From Candidatus Acidiferrales bacterium (GTDB lineage: Bacteria; Acidobacteriota; Terriglobia; Acidiferrales; UBA7541): DNA of 64,000 bases. The stretch covers positions 48,808-112,807 of the forward strand of contig JBEKAE010000010.1 in the NCBI GenBank assembly GCA_050018375.1, given 5' to 3'. The notes beneath the pieces were generated by a model. That model searched no databases. It saw nothing but the letters and a program-made list of their open reading frames with translations, and was not told where the DNA came from. Below are positions 9,340 to 17,857 of the stretch, in pieces. Position 1 is the first letter of the stretch. Each line of letters begins with the position of its first letter. The position numbers and the translations under genes were made by a program.

Positions 9340-9528
9340 TGTCAGGCGCTCATTTCGTTTTAGCGGAGGCAACCCGTGCGACGACATGCCGCGGGAGAAT
9401 CAGCGCAAAGGTTCGCGTCCACCACGGCGGACGCAGACGGCGCGCTTCGCGCGACTGTCCTTCGGCGGGGTTCCCGAGGAAGCCTCGGGACAAGTTCCAC
9501 CCCGCCCTTCCACCAAACCCAAACGCGC

Positions 9529-10635
9529 CTAGGCCTTCGGCGCGGCGATCTGCACGAGCCGACCGGAAGGGCTCCCTGCATTGCTTGGAGCGCCGCCCAT
9601 CGCGTCCGGATCCTTGTACTTGTGGAAGAGCGTGGCGCGGACGGTGGCGAGGAAGCCGCCGACCGAGCCGAACGTGTCGTTGATGGCGCTGGCTTCATAG
9701 CCGCTGTGGACCATGCAGTTCGCGCACTTGGGATTGCCGCTCTCGGTGCCGTAGCGATCCCACTCGGTTTCGCGGATCAACTCGTCGAACGAATCGGCGT
9801 AGCCGTCCTGCAAGAGGTAGCAGGGCTTCTGCCAGCCGAAAATATTGTACGTGGGCATGCCCCAGGGCGTGCATTTGTAATTCCGCTTGCCCATCAGGAA
9901 TTCGAGGAACAAGGGGCTCAGGTTGAAGCGCCACTTGTCGGAACGGTTGCTCAGAATCTGGCGGAAGAGATTGCGCGTCTTTTTGCGGCTGAGGAAGTGC
10001 TGCTGGTCCGGCGCTTTGTCGTAGGTATAGCCGGGCGAGAGCATCATGCCTTCGACGCCGAGGTCCATCATGTCGTCGAAGAACTGGCGAACGCTCTGTG
10101 GATCGGCACCCTCGAAGAGCGTCGTATTCGTGGTGACGCGGAAGCCGCGCTGGAGCGCGAGGCGGATGCCTTGGACGGCCTTGTCGTAGGTGCCTTCGCG
10201 GCAGACCGAGAAATCGTGGTGCTCGCGCTCGCCGTCCATGTGGACGGAAAACGAAAGATACTTGCTCGGCGTGAACTCGTGGAGCCGTTGGGTCAGCAGC
10301 AGCGCGTTGGTGCAAAGGTAGATGTACTTCTTGCGCGCGACAAGCCCGGCAACGATTTCGGGGATCTGCGGATGTAGCAGCGGCTCGCCGCCGGGGATGC
10401 TGACCACCGGCGCGCCGCATTCGTCGACCGCGCGGAAGCACTCCTCGGGGGTCAACTGCTTCTTCAGGACGTGCGCGGGATATTGAATCTTGCCGCAGCC
10501 GGCGCAGGCGAGGTTGCAGCGGAGCAGCGGCTCGAGCATCAGGACGACCGGATACTGCTTGCGCCCCTTCAGCTTTTGGCTGACGACGTACGACGACACC
10601 GCCCACATCTGCGATATTGGCCCCGGAACGCCCAT
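9529..10635 (-). CDS. hpnH: adenosyl-hopene transferase (hopanoid side-chain radical SAM enzyme)
   Basis: [31 protein letters not shown] contains the CxxxCxxC motif and, with the rest of the protein, is collinear with HpnH as I remember it. Start taken at MGVPGPISQ (10635). Confidence 0.8.
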   Translation of the reverse strand: MGVPGPISQMWAVSSYVVSQKLKGRKQYPVVLMLEPLLRCNLACAGCGKIQYPAHVLKKQLTPEECFRAVDECGAPVVSIPGGEPLLHPQIPEIVAGLVARKKYIYLCTNALLLTQRLHEFTPSKYLSFSVHMDGEREHHDFSVCREGTYDKAVQGIRLALQRGFRVTTNTTLFEGADPQSVRQFFDDMMDLGVEGMMLSPGYTYDKAPDQQHFLSRKKTRNLFRQILSNRSDKWRFNLSPLFLEFLMGKRNYKCTPWGMPTYNIFGWQKPCYLLQDGYADSFDELIRETEWDRYGTESGNPKCANCMVHSGYEASAINDTFGSVGGFLATVRATLFHKYKDPDAMGGAPSNAGSPSGRLVQIAAPKA

Positions 10636-10768
10636 TGCTCTCCCAGCACGCTGCCACGGCACCGCGCGGACTCTATCGTGAAGCTCTTATCATACCGGGT
10701 TCGATGCCTCCTGTGAACATGGGGTTTCCGCAATGGGTGCCTAAAACGCCCGCGGCTCCAAGCCGGGC

Positions 10769-11512
10769 TCACTCGAGCGCGAACACAGCGTAGACCGTCG
10801 CCTCGCGCCGCACTTTCCGCGGAAAGAGCCTGATAATCGGCTCCGTCGAGGAAAGTCCGGCCGAGCCGCCCACCCCGGAACCCATTCCGGTTCCAAACCC
10901 CCGGTTCTGTCCGGCATCCGGCGCATTACTGTTGCTCGCATACAACAAATCGCCTACTTTGGCTCCGAGCTTTTCCGCCATTGCCTTCGCGAGAGCGCGT
11001 GCTTTCGCCAGCGCGGCTTCATTCACTTTGGCGTCGAGGGAAGGTGGATCCGCAACGGTCCAGTCCACGCCACTAACTGCGTTCGCGCCACCGGCTATAG
11101 CGGCATCCACGATCTTCCCCGCATCCGCCACGGCGACGCGAATGGTCCAGGACTGGTTCGCCTGGAATTGCCGCTCCTTGCGCTCGTCGGGAGTCCAGTC
11201 GCGGTCCGGCTGGAAAACCGTCTCCAATGTGACAGCCTGCGTTTCGATCGCGTCTTTGCTCAACCCCGCAGCCAACAGCGATTGGATTACTTTCCCTGAG
11301 ACTTGCCCGCTGCCGCTATAGACCGCGTCTTTGGTCGGGCCGTAGTTGTGGTAGCCGACCTCGATCAGCGCAATCGCCGGCTCGACCTCGACCGTTGCCG
11401 ACGCGGCGACGGAGATGGTGCGATTGTCTTTGCTAATTTGTATGCCTTGGCCGAATGCGACGAACGCGAAACTCAACGTCAAAAGAAGCGGGGCCGGGTA
11501 CCGTAGCTTCAT
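10769..11512 (-). CDS. SIMPL (DUF541) domain periplasmic protein
   Basis: Signal peptide MKLRYPAPLLLTLSFAFVAFG. ISVAASATVEVEPAIALIEVGY... and C-terminal ...TVYAVFALE are typical of SIMPL / 26-kDa periplasmic immunogenic proteins. Confidence 0.6.
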   Translation of the reverse strand: MKLRYPAPLLLTLSFAFVAFGQGIQISKDNRTISVAASATVEVEPAIALIEVGYHNYGPTKDAVYSGSGQVSGKVIQSLLAAGLSKDAIETQAVTLETVFQPDRDWTPDERKERQFQANQSWTIRVAVADAGKIVDAAIAGGANAVSGVDWTVADPPSLDAKVNEAALAKARALAKAMAEKLGAKVGDLLYASNSNAPDAGQNRGFGTGMGSGVGGSAGLSSTEPIIRLFPRKVRREATVYAVFALE

Positions 11513-11595
11513 ACAGACCTCCTCCGAGTGTGACGGCTATCCACTCTGGATGACGAAATGCGGCCGATGAGTTGTGCGACGAGGATTAGAGGCCG

Positions 11596-12873
11596 CTAAA
11601 AGGCGAGTTGTTCCCGGGTGAGGTCGAAGCCGTTGAGGTTGCCGACGACGGAGGCGGCGACGCGGCCGGGCTCGAAGAATTCGCGGGCGATCTGCTGGAC
11701 TTGCTCGGCGGTGACGGCTTCGAGCATGGCGATCAGCTCGTCGGGTGTGAAGTGGCGGTCGAAATAGATGTGATAGCGGGCGAGGCTGTTCATGCGCTGG
11801 CCCGAGCCTTCGAGCGCGAGAAGCGTCGCACCCTTGAGGTGATCCTTCGCGCGGCGCAGCTCTTCGGCGTCGAGCGGCTCGTCTTTGAGGCGGCGGAATT
11901 CGTCGAGCACGGAACGAACGACCTGTTCGGCGGTTTCGAGCGAAGTGCCCGCATAGACCGAAAGCGCGCCCGCGTCACGATAGGAATTCAACTCGCTGAA
12001 AATCGCGTAGGCCAGGCCCTGCCGCTCGCGGATGTTCTGAAACAGCCGCGAGGACATCCCGCCGCCGAGAATGTTGTTGAGGATCGAGACGGCGAAGCGG
12101 CGGTCGTCCGTCATGGCGAAGGCGGGCACGCCGAGGCAGATGTGCACCTGCTCGAGTTCGCGCTTGGCGCGCAGGGTGATGTGGGGCGCGGGCTGCGGCT
12201 CCGGCTCGGCCTGGCCGTCTTCGGAGGGCGCGAGCTTCGCGAAGCGCTCGGAGACGAGATCGACGAGTTGCGCGTGAGTCAGGTGGCCCGCCGCGGTGAT
12301 CACGAGATGGTTCGGCGCGTACCACTGGCGAAACCATTTCTGGAGCGTGTCGTGCGTGAACGCGGAAACCGTTTCCGGCGTGCCGAGGATCGGCTTGCCG
12401 AGCGGGTGCGGAGCCCAGAAATTCTGCGTGAAAAGCTCGTGGACGAGGTCCTCGGGGTTGTCCTGCGTCATCCGGATTTCCTCGAGGACCACGCCTTGCT
12501 CGCGCGCGATGTCTTCATCGGCGAATTTCGGCTCGATGACCATGTCCGCGAGAACGTCGAAGGCCCTGGGCAGGTGCTCGTCGAGGACGCGCGTGTTGAA
12601 GCAGACCATTTCCTTCGATGTGAACGCGTCCAGCATGCCGCCGACGCTGTCCATTTCGCGCGCGATGTCTTCGGCGGTGCGGCGCGCCGTGCCCTTGAAC
12701 ACCATGTGCTCGATGAAATGCGAGATGCCGTTCAGCGCGGCGGGCTCGCGGCGCGAGCCGGAGCGCAGCCAGATGCCGACGGAAACCGAGTGGACGTGCT
12801 CCATCGGCTCGGTGATGACCACGAGGCCGTTGGGCAGCACTTCCTTCTGTATGTTATGTGTTGGCTTCGACAT
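11596..12873 (-). CDS. M16 family zinc peptidase (insulinase/pitrilysin-like)
   Basis: HxxEH zinc motif in GISHFIEHMVFKGT. Two-domain length of 425 aa. Start taken at MSKPTHNIQKEVLPNGL (12873). Confidence 0.85.
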   Translation of the reverse strand: MSKPTHNIQKEVLPNGLVVITEPMEHVHSVSVGIWLRSGSRREPAALNGISHFIEHMVFKGTARRTAEDIAREMDSVGGMLDAFTSKEMVCFNTRVLDEHLPRAFDVLADMVIEPKFADEDIAREQGVVLEEIRMTQDNPEDLVHELFTQNFWAPHPLGKPILGTPETVSAFTHDTLQKWFRQWYAPNHLVITAAGHLTHAQLVDLVSERFAKLAPSEDGQAEPEPQPAPHITLRAKRELEQVHICLGVPAFAMTDDRRFAVSILNNILGGGMSSRLFQNIRERQGLAYAIFSELNSYRDAGALSVYAGTSLETAEQVVRSVLDEFRRLKDEPLDAEELRRAKDHLKGATLLALEGSGQRMNSLARYHIYFDRHFTPDELIAMLEAVTAEQVQQIAREFFEPGRVAASVVGNLNGFDLTREQLAF

Positions 12874-12965
12874 GTATGCTTCTATTCTGCACGCCGCGAG
12901 ACCAAAAGTCATTCCGGTTCGCGCGAGCGGTGCCCAATTCCGCCGCGTGCTATCATGGATTTAAG

Positions 12966-14054
12966 ATGTCGCAACAGGCTTCAAATTCCGCCCTAAACCT
13001 GCTGGGAAAATCGGTGGAAGAGCTGCGCGAATTCTTGCAAGGGCTGGGCGAGCCGGGGTATCGCGGCGCGCAGATCTATCACGCGCTGTATGCCGAGCGG
13101 CGTTTCGATTTTGCCGCGATGACGAATCTGCCGGCGGCGCTGCGCGAGCGGCTGTCGCGCGAGGCCGCCATCGCGCTGCCGCGGATCGTGCGGCGGCATC
13201 GGTCGTCGGATGGCACGGTGCGGTACGTCCTCGCCTTGGACGGCGCCGCCGATGGAAAACCGGCGACGATCGAAACCGTGTTCATGCCGGAGGAAAACCG
13301 GCAGACGATCTGTATTTCGACGCAGGCGGGCTGCGCGGTGGATTGCCGGTTCTGCCTGACGGCGACGCTCGGGCTGGTGCGGAACCTGACGGCGGGCGAA
13401 ATCGTGGGGCAGGCACTCGTTGCGCGCGAAGATAATCTCGCGGCACTGAAGCCGCAGACGAACATCGTGTTGATGGGCCAGGGCGAGCCCCTGTTGAACT
13501 ACGACGCCGTGATGGCCGCGCTGCGCATCCTGCTTGACCCGAACGGCATGGCCATTTCGCCGAAGCATGCAACGCTTTCGACCAGCGGCATCGTTCCCGG
13601 CATCGAGCGGCTGGCGCAGGAGAAGGTGCGGCCGAAGCTCGCGATTTCGCTGAATGCGTCGTCGGACGAGCAGCGCGACAAGATCATGCCGATCAATCGC
13701 AAGTATCCGCTCGAGAAGCTGCTCGATGCCTGCCGGAAATATCCGTTGCGGCCGTGGGAGCATCTGACGTTCGAATACGTGTTGCTCGGCGGATTCAACG
13801 ACTCGCCGGAAGACGCGCGGCGCGTGGTGCGGCTGCTTGCGAATCTGCGCGCGAAGGTGAACCTGATCCCGTGGAATCCCGGCGACCTGCCGTACGAGAA
13901 GCCGGATGCCGCGCGCATCGAGGAGTTCCGAAGAATCCTCGCAGACAAGGGCATGCTCGTCTTCGTCCGCTATTCGCGCGGGCAGGACGTGATGGCCGCG
14001 TGCGGGCAATTGGCGCTGGCGGAATTGGCAACGCAGCACGTCGCACACACCTAG
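12966..14054 (+). CDS. rlmN: 23S rRNA/tRNA adenine-C2 methyltransferase RlmN
   Basis: LREFLQGLGEPGYRGAQIYHALY, radical-SAM CxxxCxxC (GCAVDCRFCLT), C-terminal ...GQDVMAACGQL. ATG at 12966. Confidence 0.9.
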   Translation: MSQQASNSALNLLGKSVEELREFLQGLGEPGYRGAQIYHALYAERRFDFAAMTNLPAALRERLSREAAIALPRIVRRHRSSDGTVRYVLALDGAADGKPATIETVFMPEENRQTICISTQAGCAVDCRFCLTATLGLVRNLTAGEIVGQALVAREDNLAALKPQTNIVLMGQGEPLLNYDAVMAALRILLDPNGMAISPKHATLSTSGIVPGIERLAQEKVRPKLAISLNASSDEQRDKIMPINRKYPLEKLLDACRKYPLRPWEHLTFEYVLLGGFNDSPEDARRVVRLLANLRAKVNLIPWNPGDLPYEKPDAARIEEFRRILADKGMLVFVRYSRGQDVMAACGQLALAELATQHVAHT

Positions 14055-14070
14055 CGACCGCAGGAAAAGA

Positions 14071-14127
14071 CAAAAGCAGATCCCTCACCGCCGTCCGCAC
14101 AGAACGCGGCCGGGTTCGGGATGACAG
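14071..14127 (+). repeat. REP-like hairpin element, copy B
   Basis: CAAAAGCAGATCCCT...CGCGGCCGGGTTCGGGATGACAG. It fills the 83-nt spacer between the convergent rlmN and pgeF genes. Confidence 0.7.
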
Positions 14128-14137
14128 GTGTAGTCAG

Positions 14138-15061
14138 TCAGCGGATTCCGATGGCGGCCATCAGGCGGCCGGTGGTGCGTTCGCGGCGATAGCTGAAGAA
14201 AAGATCGGTGCGGCAGGCGGTGCAAAAGCCCGAAACCGAAATCTGGCGCAGCGGAACGCCGGCATCGACGAGGATCGCGCGGTTCGCGGCGATCAGGTCG
14301 AGATGGACGCGCGGCGACGGAGGCGGATGCCCCGGCGGCCTCATCGTGAGCCAGGGAAGCCAGTTCGGATCGTTTTCGCCGGAGGCGAGCGCGTCGAACG
14401 GGCCGTCGAACCAGTCGCGCGCGGCGGGAAACTGCGCGTGAAATTCGCGGGCGACGTCGGAGCCGACTTCGTAGCAGCAGCGGCCGATGCCGGGGCCGAA
14501 CGCGGCGATCACATCCTCGGGGCGGGTGCCGAATTCCAGTTGCATCCGGCCGAGAGTTTTTGCGGCGATGCGGCGAAGCGTGCCGCGCCAGCCGGAATGA
14601 ATCGCGGCGACCGCGCGGCGCTTCGGATCGGCGAGAAGGATCGGAACGCAATCCGCGGTTTGAACGACGAGCAGGACGCCCGGCTCGCGCGTGATCAGAG
14701 CGTCTGCTTTGGGCGCTTCCGCAGTTGCCGCCTTTGACGAATCCGCGAGGTACACGATGTCCGAGTGAATCTGGCGGAGCGTGACGACCCGCATTTCGTC
14801 CGCGCCGATCGCGTGGAAGAACTTCCTGCGATTTTCGAGCACGCGCTCGCGTGAATCCCAATCGGTAAAGCCGAGATTCAGGGCGCCGTTCTCGCTCGCG
14901 CCGCCGGGGCGCGTGCTGAAGCCGTGGACGAGCCAGCGGAGCCGCGCGAGCGGCGGCGCTTCCAACACTTGCAAGCCGCCGGCGCGTCGCAGCGTCCATT
15001 CCGCGGATTTTGCGGCAGAGTTTTTCGGCGCTGGTTTCTTTTTCGTGACGATTGCCGTCAT
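14138..15061 (-). CDS. pgeF: peptidoglycan editing factor PgeF (YfiH/DUF152, laccase-domain protein)
   Basis: LVHGFSTRPGG...LRQIHSD...TADCVPILLADPKRRAVAAIHSGWRGT...GIGRCCYEVG match the DUF152 signatures. Confidence 0.85.
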   Translation of the reverse strand: MTAIVTKKKPAPKNSAAKSAEWTLRRAGGLQVLEAPPLARLRWLVHGFSTRPGGASENGALNLGFTDWDSRERVLENRRKFFHAIGADEMRVVTLRQIHSDIVYLADSSKAATAEAPKADALITREPGVLLVVQTADCVPILLADPKRRAVAAIHSGWRGTLRRIAAKTLGRMQLEFGTRPEDVIAAFGPGIGRCCYEVGSDVAREFHAQFPAARDWFDGPFDALASGENDPNWLPWLTMRPPGHPPPSPRVHLDLIAANRAILVDAGVPLRQISVSGFCTACRTDLFFSYRRERTTGRLMAAIGIR

Positions 15062-15125
15062 GGTTGGTTCAGTTCGATGAGTCCGTCTATCCGAGTGCGT
15101 ATGATGACACGTTCACCGGGAGCAG

Positions 15126-15166
15126 TTGAAGAGAGATCCTTCGTCCGCCGCGGACTCAGGATGACG
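15126..15166 (+). repeat. REP-like hairpin element, copy D (short variant)
   Basis: TTGAAGAGAGATCCTTCGTCCGCCGCGGACTCAGGATGACG. ATCCT/AGGAT and GTCCGC/GCGGAC form an interrupted 11-bp stem. A separate perfect 8-bp hairpin follows (GACGATGC-TTGTC-GCATCGTC, 15163-15183). Confidence 0.65.
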
Positions 15167-15233
15167 ATGCTTGTCGCATCGTCAGGTATAATCCCGCGAC
15201 GGCGCAGGGGTGCTTGGGCAGGGTGCGAAGACA

Positions 15234-15611
15234 ATGATCGTCGGGCTGGGTCTGGATATCGCCGAAGTCGACCGGATCGAGGCCGCCATTCGGCGTCACG
15301 GAGCGCCGTTTCTCGAGCGGCTTTACACGCCGAGCGAAGTGGCGTACTGCGAGAGCTACAAGGATAAATTCGAGCGCTACGCCGCGCGATTTGCCGCGAA
15401 GGAAGCGGCGATGAAAGCCCTCGGCACCGGATGGAGCCGCGGCGTTCGCTGGCGCGACATCGAAGTCGCGCGCGAGCCCAGCGGCAAGCCGACGATTCGC
15501 CTCGAAGGTGTAGCGCAGCAAATCGCCCAGCGCATGGGCGTGAAAAACATTTCCCTCTCAATCACGCACAGCGGGAATTTAGCCCTCGCGCAGGTGATTT
15601 TCGAGACCTAA
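15234..15611 (+). CDS. acpS: holo-[acyl-carrier-protein] synthase
   Basis: MIVGLGLDIAEVDRIE...FAAKEAAMKALGTG...SLSITHSGNLALAQVIFE is the classic AcpS pattern. ATG at 15234. Confidence 0.9.
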   Translation: MIVGLGLDIAEVDRIEAAIRRHGAPFLERLYTPSEVAYCESYKDKFERYAARFAAKEAAMKALGTGWSRGVRWRDIEVAREPSGKPTIRLEGVAQQIAQRMGVKNISLSITHSGNLALAQVIFET

Positions 15612-17017
15612 CGCGCGTTGACTGAAGAGAGATTCCTCGCTTCGTTCGGAATGACAACATCCGCGTGCTGCTGCGGTTCGGAAGTCATGCGCACGATGCG
15701 CCATTCATTCGCAGGGTGGCGGCCCGGGATCCGCAGCTTCAGGTAATTCCCCGTCAGCGCCTCAGTCCAGTCGTCGCCAGCGCGCGCAAGAGTGAGCGCG
15801 CGCAGAGTGCGGCCCGCCTGCGAAGCGCGAAACGCGGCGGACTTTTGCTCCGAGAGCAATCGCAGTGCCCGAGCGCGTTCGCGAATCACCTGTGGGGGCA
15901 CGGCGGCAGCGTCCAGCTTCGCGGCCTCGGTTCCGGGACGAGTCGAAAACGAGAAGACGTGCAGGTAAGTGAGCGGCAACCGCTCGATGAATTCGGCCGT
16001 GGCTTCGAAATCGCCGTCCGTCTCGCCCGGAAAGCCGACGATGACGTCCGCGCCAATCGCGGCATCGGGCAGCAAGCGGCGAATGAGTTTCACGCGCTCG
16101 GCGTAGTGCTCGGCGCGATACCAGCGGTGCATCGCGCGCAGGACGCGGTCGGAGCCCGACTGCAGCGGCACGTGAAAATGGTGCGCGAGGCGGCCCGAGG
16201 ATGCGACCAGCCCGACAAAATCCTCAGTGACATCCTGCGGCTCGATCGAGCTGAAGCGGAGCTGATCGAGCGCCGTTTCGCCGAGGATTCGCCGCACGAC
16301 GTTCGCAAGCCCGGCCCGCGGTGCGAGATCGCGGCCATAGCTGCCAAGATTGATTCCGCTCAGGACGATTTCCTTCGCGCCCGCCGCTACCAGGTTCCGC
16401 ACTTCCTCAACAACGACATCCGGGGGCAGACTGCGGCTGCGCCCACGCACAAACGGAATCACGCAATACGAGCAGCGATTGTTGCAGCCGTCCTGAATCT
16501 TCAGGATGGGCCGCGTGCGGCCGACTCCGGCGAGCGATGCGGAAGCGACCTGAACGGACGTCTGAGCGAAGATGTCGCCAGTCAGGATTTTCGCCGGACC
16601 TCGCGCGAGCGACATCGCATCATCGTTGAGCCGCGCGAGCGGGACAAAATCGGCAGTCGCCGCCGGCGCATGAAGTCCGCGAATTGCACTCGGGATTTCG
16701 GCCTGGTGTGAGTTCCCGACAACCAGCGCCACGCCGTCGAGCGAGGCGAGCTCCTCAGGCGCGCGCTGCGCGTAGCAGCCGGTGACGACGATGCGTGCGG
16801 CAGGATTCGCGCGATGAATCTTGCGCACTACCTCGCGCGCCTGTGCATCCGCCGCGGACGTGACGGTGCAGGTATTCAGGACGACGACATCGGCCGAAGC
16901 GTGCTCAGCGACGAGCGCGAGACCGCTCGCTTGCAGTTCGCGGCGAAGCGCAGCAGCGTCCGCCTCGGTTGCGCGGCAGCCGAAGTTTTCGATGGAGAAA
17001 CTGGCCGTGCGGTCCAT
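15608..17017 (-). CDS. mtaB: tRNA t6A37 methylthiotransferase MtaB (MiaB-family radical SAM)
   Basis: N-terminal FSIENFGCRATEADAAAL, radical-SAM CNNRCSYCVIP, TRAM-like C-terminus. The last ~16 aa (..VVIPNEARNLSSVNAR) are encoded by REP copy C. Confidence 0.8.
   Translation of the reverse strand: MDRTASFSIENFGCRATEADAAALRRELQASGLALVAEHASADVVVLNTCTVTSAADAQAREVVRKIHRANPAARIVVTGCYAQRAPEELASLDGVALVVGNSHQAEIPSAIRGLHAPAATADFVPLARLNDDAMSLARGPAKILTGDIFAQTSVQVASASLAGVGRTRPILKIQDGCNNRCSYCVIPFVRGRSRSLPPDVVVEEVRNLVAAGAKEIVLSGINLGSYGRDLAPRAGLANVVRRILGETALDQLRFSSIEPQDVTEDFVGLVASSGRLAHHFHVPLQSGSDRVLRAMHRWYRAEHYAERVKLIRRLLPDAAIGADVIVGFPGETDGDFEATAEFIERLPLTYLHVFSFSTRPGTEAAKLDAAAVPPQVIRERARALRLLSEQKSAAFRASQAGRTLRALTLARAGDDWTEALTGNYLKLRIPGRHPANEWRIVRMTSEPQQHADVVIPNEARNLSSVNAR
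15623..15657 (+). repeat. REP-like hairpin element, copy C (short variant)
   Basis: TGAAGAGAGATTCCTCGCTTCGTTCGGAATGACAAC. ATTCC/GGAAT arms. It shares the left end GAAGAGAGAT(T/C)C with copy D and lies inside the 3' tail of the mtaB ORF. Confidence 0.65.
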
Positions 17018-17065
17018 GCGGGAAGTATAGCAGTGAACTTGGAGGGGCTGGCCGGATGGGACGCG

Positions 17066-17740
17066 CTAGGCGCTTGCGCGGCGCTGGTAGCAGAGGAGGA
17101 TCAGGTCGGCCCGGCGGCGTACTCCGAACTTGGCGAGAAGGTTCGAGACGTGGAACTTCACGGTGCGCTCGGAGATGTGCAGGCGGTCGGCGACTTCCTT
17201 GTTGGCAAGGTTTTCGAGGAGGCCGCTGAGCACTTCCTGTTCCCGCCGGCTGAGCTCGCTCGGAGAATCCGCGCGGAGGCGGCGCCCCTGCGCGCTGCTC
17301 AGGATCGAATCCACGAACCGGGAAAGGACCGGGCGCGGGACCCAGATGCCGCCGGAGGCGACCTGCGGCAGGGCCCGTGCAAGTTGTTCGCGAGCCTCGG
17401 CATAGGTCAGGATGCCCTTCACGCCCTGGCGGAGAAGGGAGTAGCTTTCCGTTTCTTTGAGCTTATCTCCCACTACCAGGAGGCGCGCGTTCGCGTATTT
17501 ATCGAGGATATTGCCCAGAAGCGCTCCCGTGGCCTGTCGCGCAGCATGAGCGTCAACTACATAGACCGAAGCGCGGGGCACGTCGAGGCTGCGCAGGTCG
17601 GGGGCCAGGATGGAATCGAGCTGTTTGGACGTGATCTGAAAGCCGCTATCCTCCAGCAAGCGATGGAACTCGTCCAACACCATCGGATGCGGCGACAGGA
17701 GACAGACCTTCAGGCTCGACTTACCGTTTGCTCTGGACAT
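17066..17740 (-). CDS. LuxR-family (NarL/FixJ-type) regulator with an atypical receiver domain
   Basis: C-terminal HTH LSRREQEVLSGLLENLANKEVADRLHISERTVKFHVSNLLAKFGV. The N-terminal receiver-like fold keeps the central Asp (VYVVDAH) but lacks the acidic DD pair (CLLSPHP) and the conserved T/S and K positions. Confidence 0.75.
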   Translation of the reverse strand: MSRANGKSSLKVCLLSPHPMVLDEFHRLLEDSGFQITSKQLDSILAPDLRSLDVPRASVYVVDAHAARQATGALLGNILDKYANARLLVVGDKLKETESYSLLRQGVKGILTYAEAREQLARALPQVASGGIWVPRPVLSRFVDSILSSAQGRRLRADSPSELSRREQEVLSGLLENLANKEVADRLHISERTVKFHVSNLLAKFGVRRRADLILLCYQRRASA

Positions 17741-17857
17741 AGGCCTTATCTCAATTCAGGCTAGCCGAATTAGAGGGCCGGGGCAAGGCAGACACAACAG
17801 GCGATTTCATACCAGATACGGGTGCGGGCGGTCAGGGCCGCACCGCACTTCAAGAAG

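Noticed and set aside
11537-12945. Possible extra degenerate REP copies (CTATCCACTCTGGATGACG at 11537-11555; GTCATTCCGGTTCGCG... at 12907-12945; ATCCCGGATGGTTTCGGGACATG near 4321-4343)
   Set aside because: Only one arm or a very short match is present. They are too weak to call without a genome-wide model.
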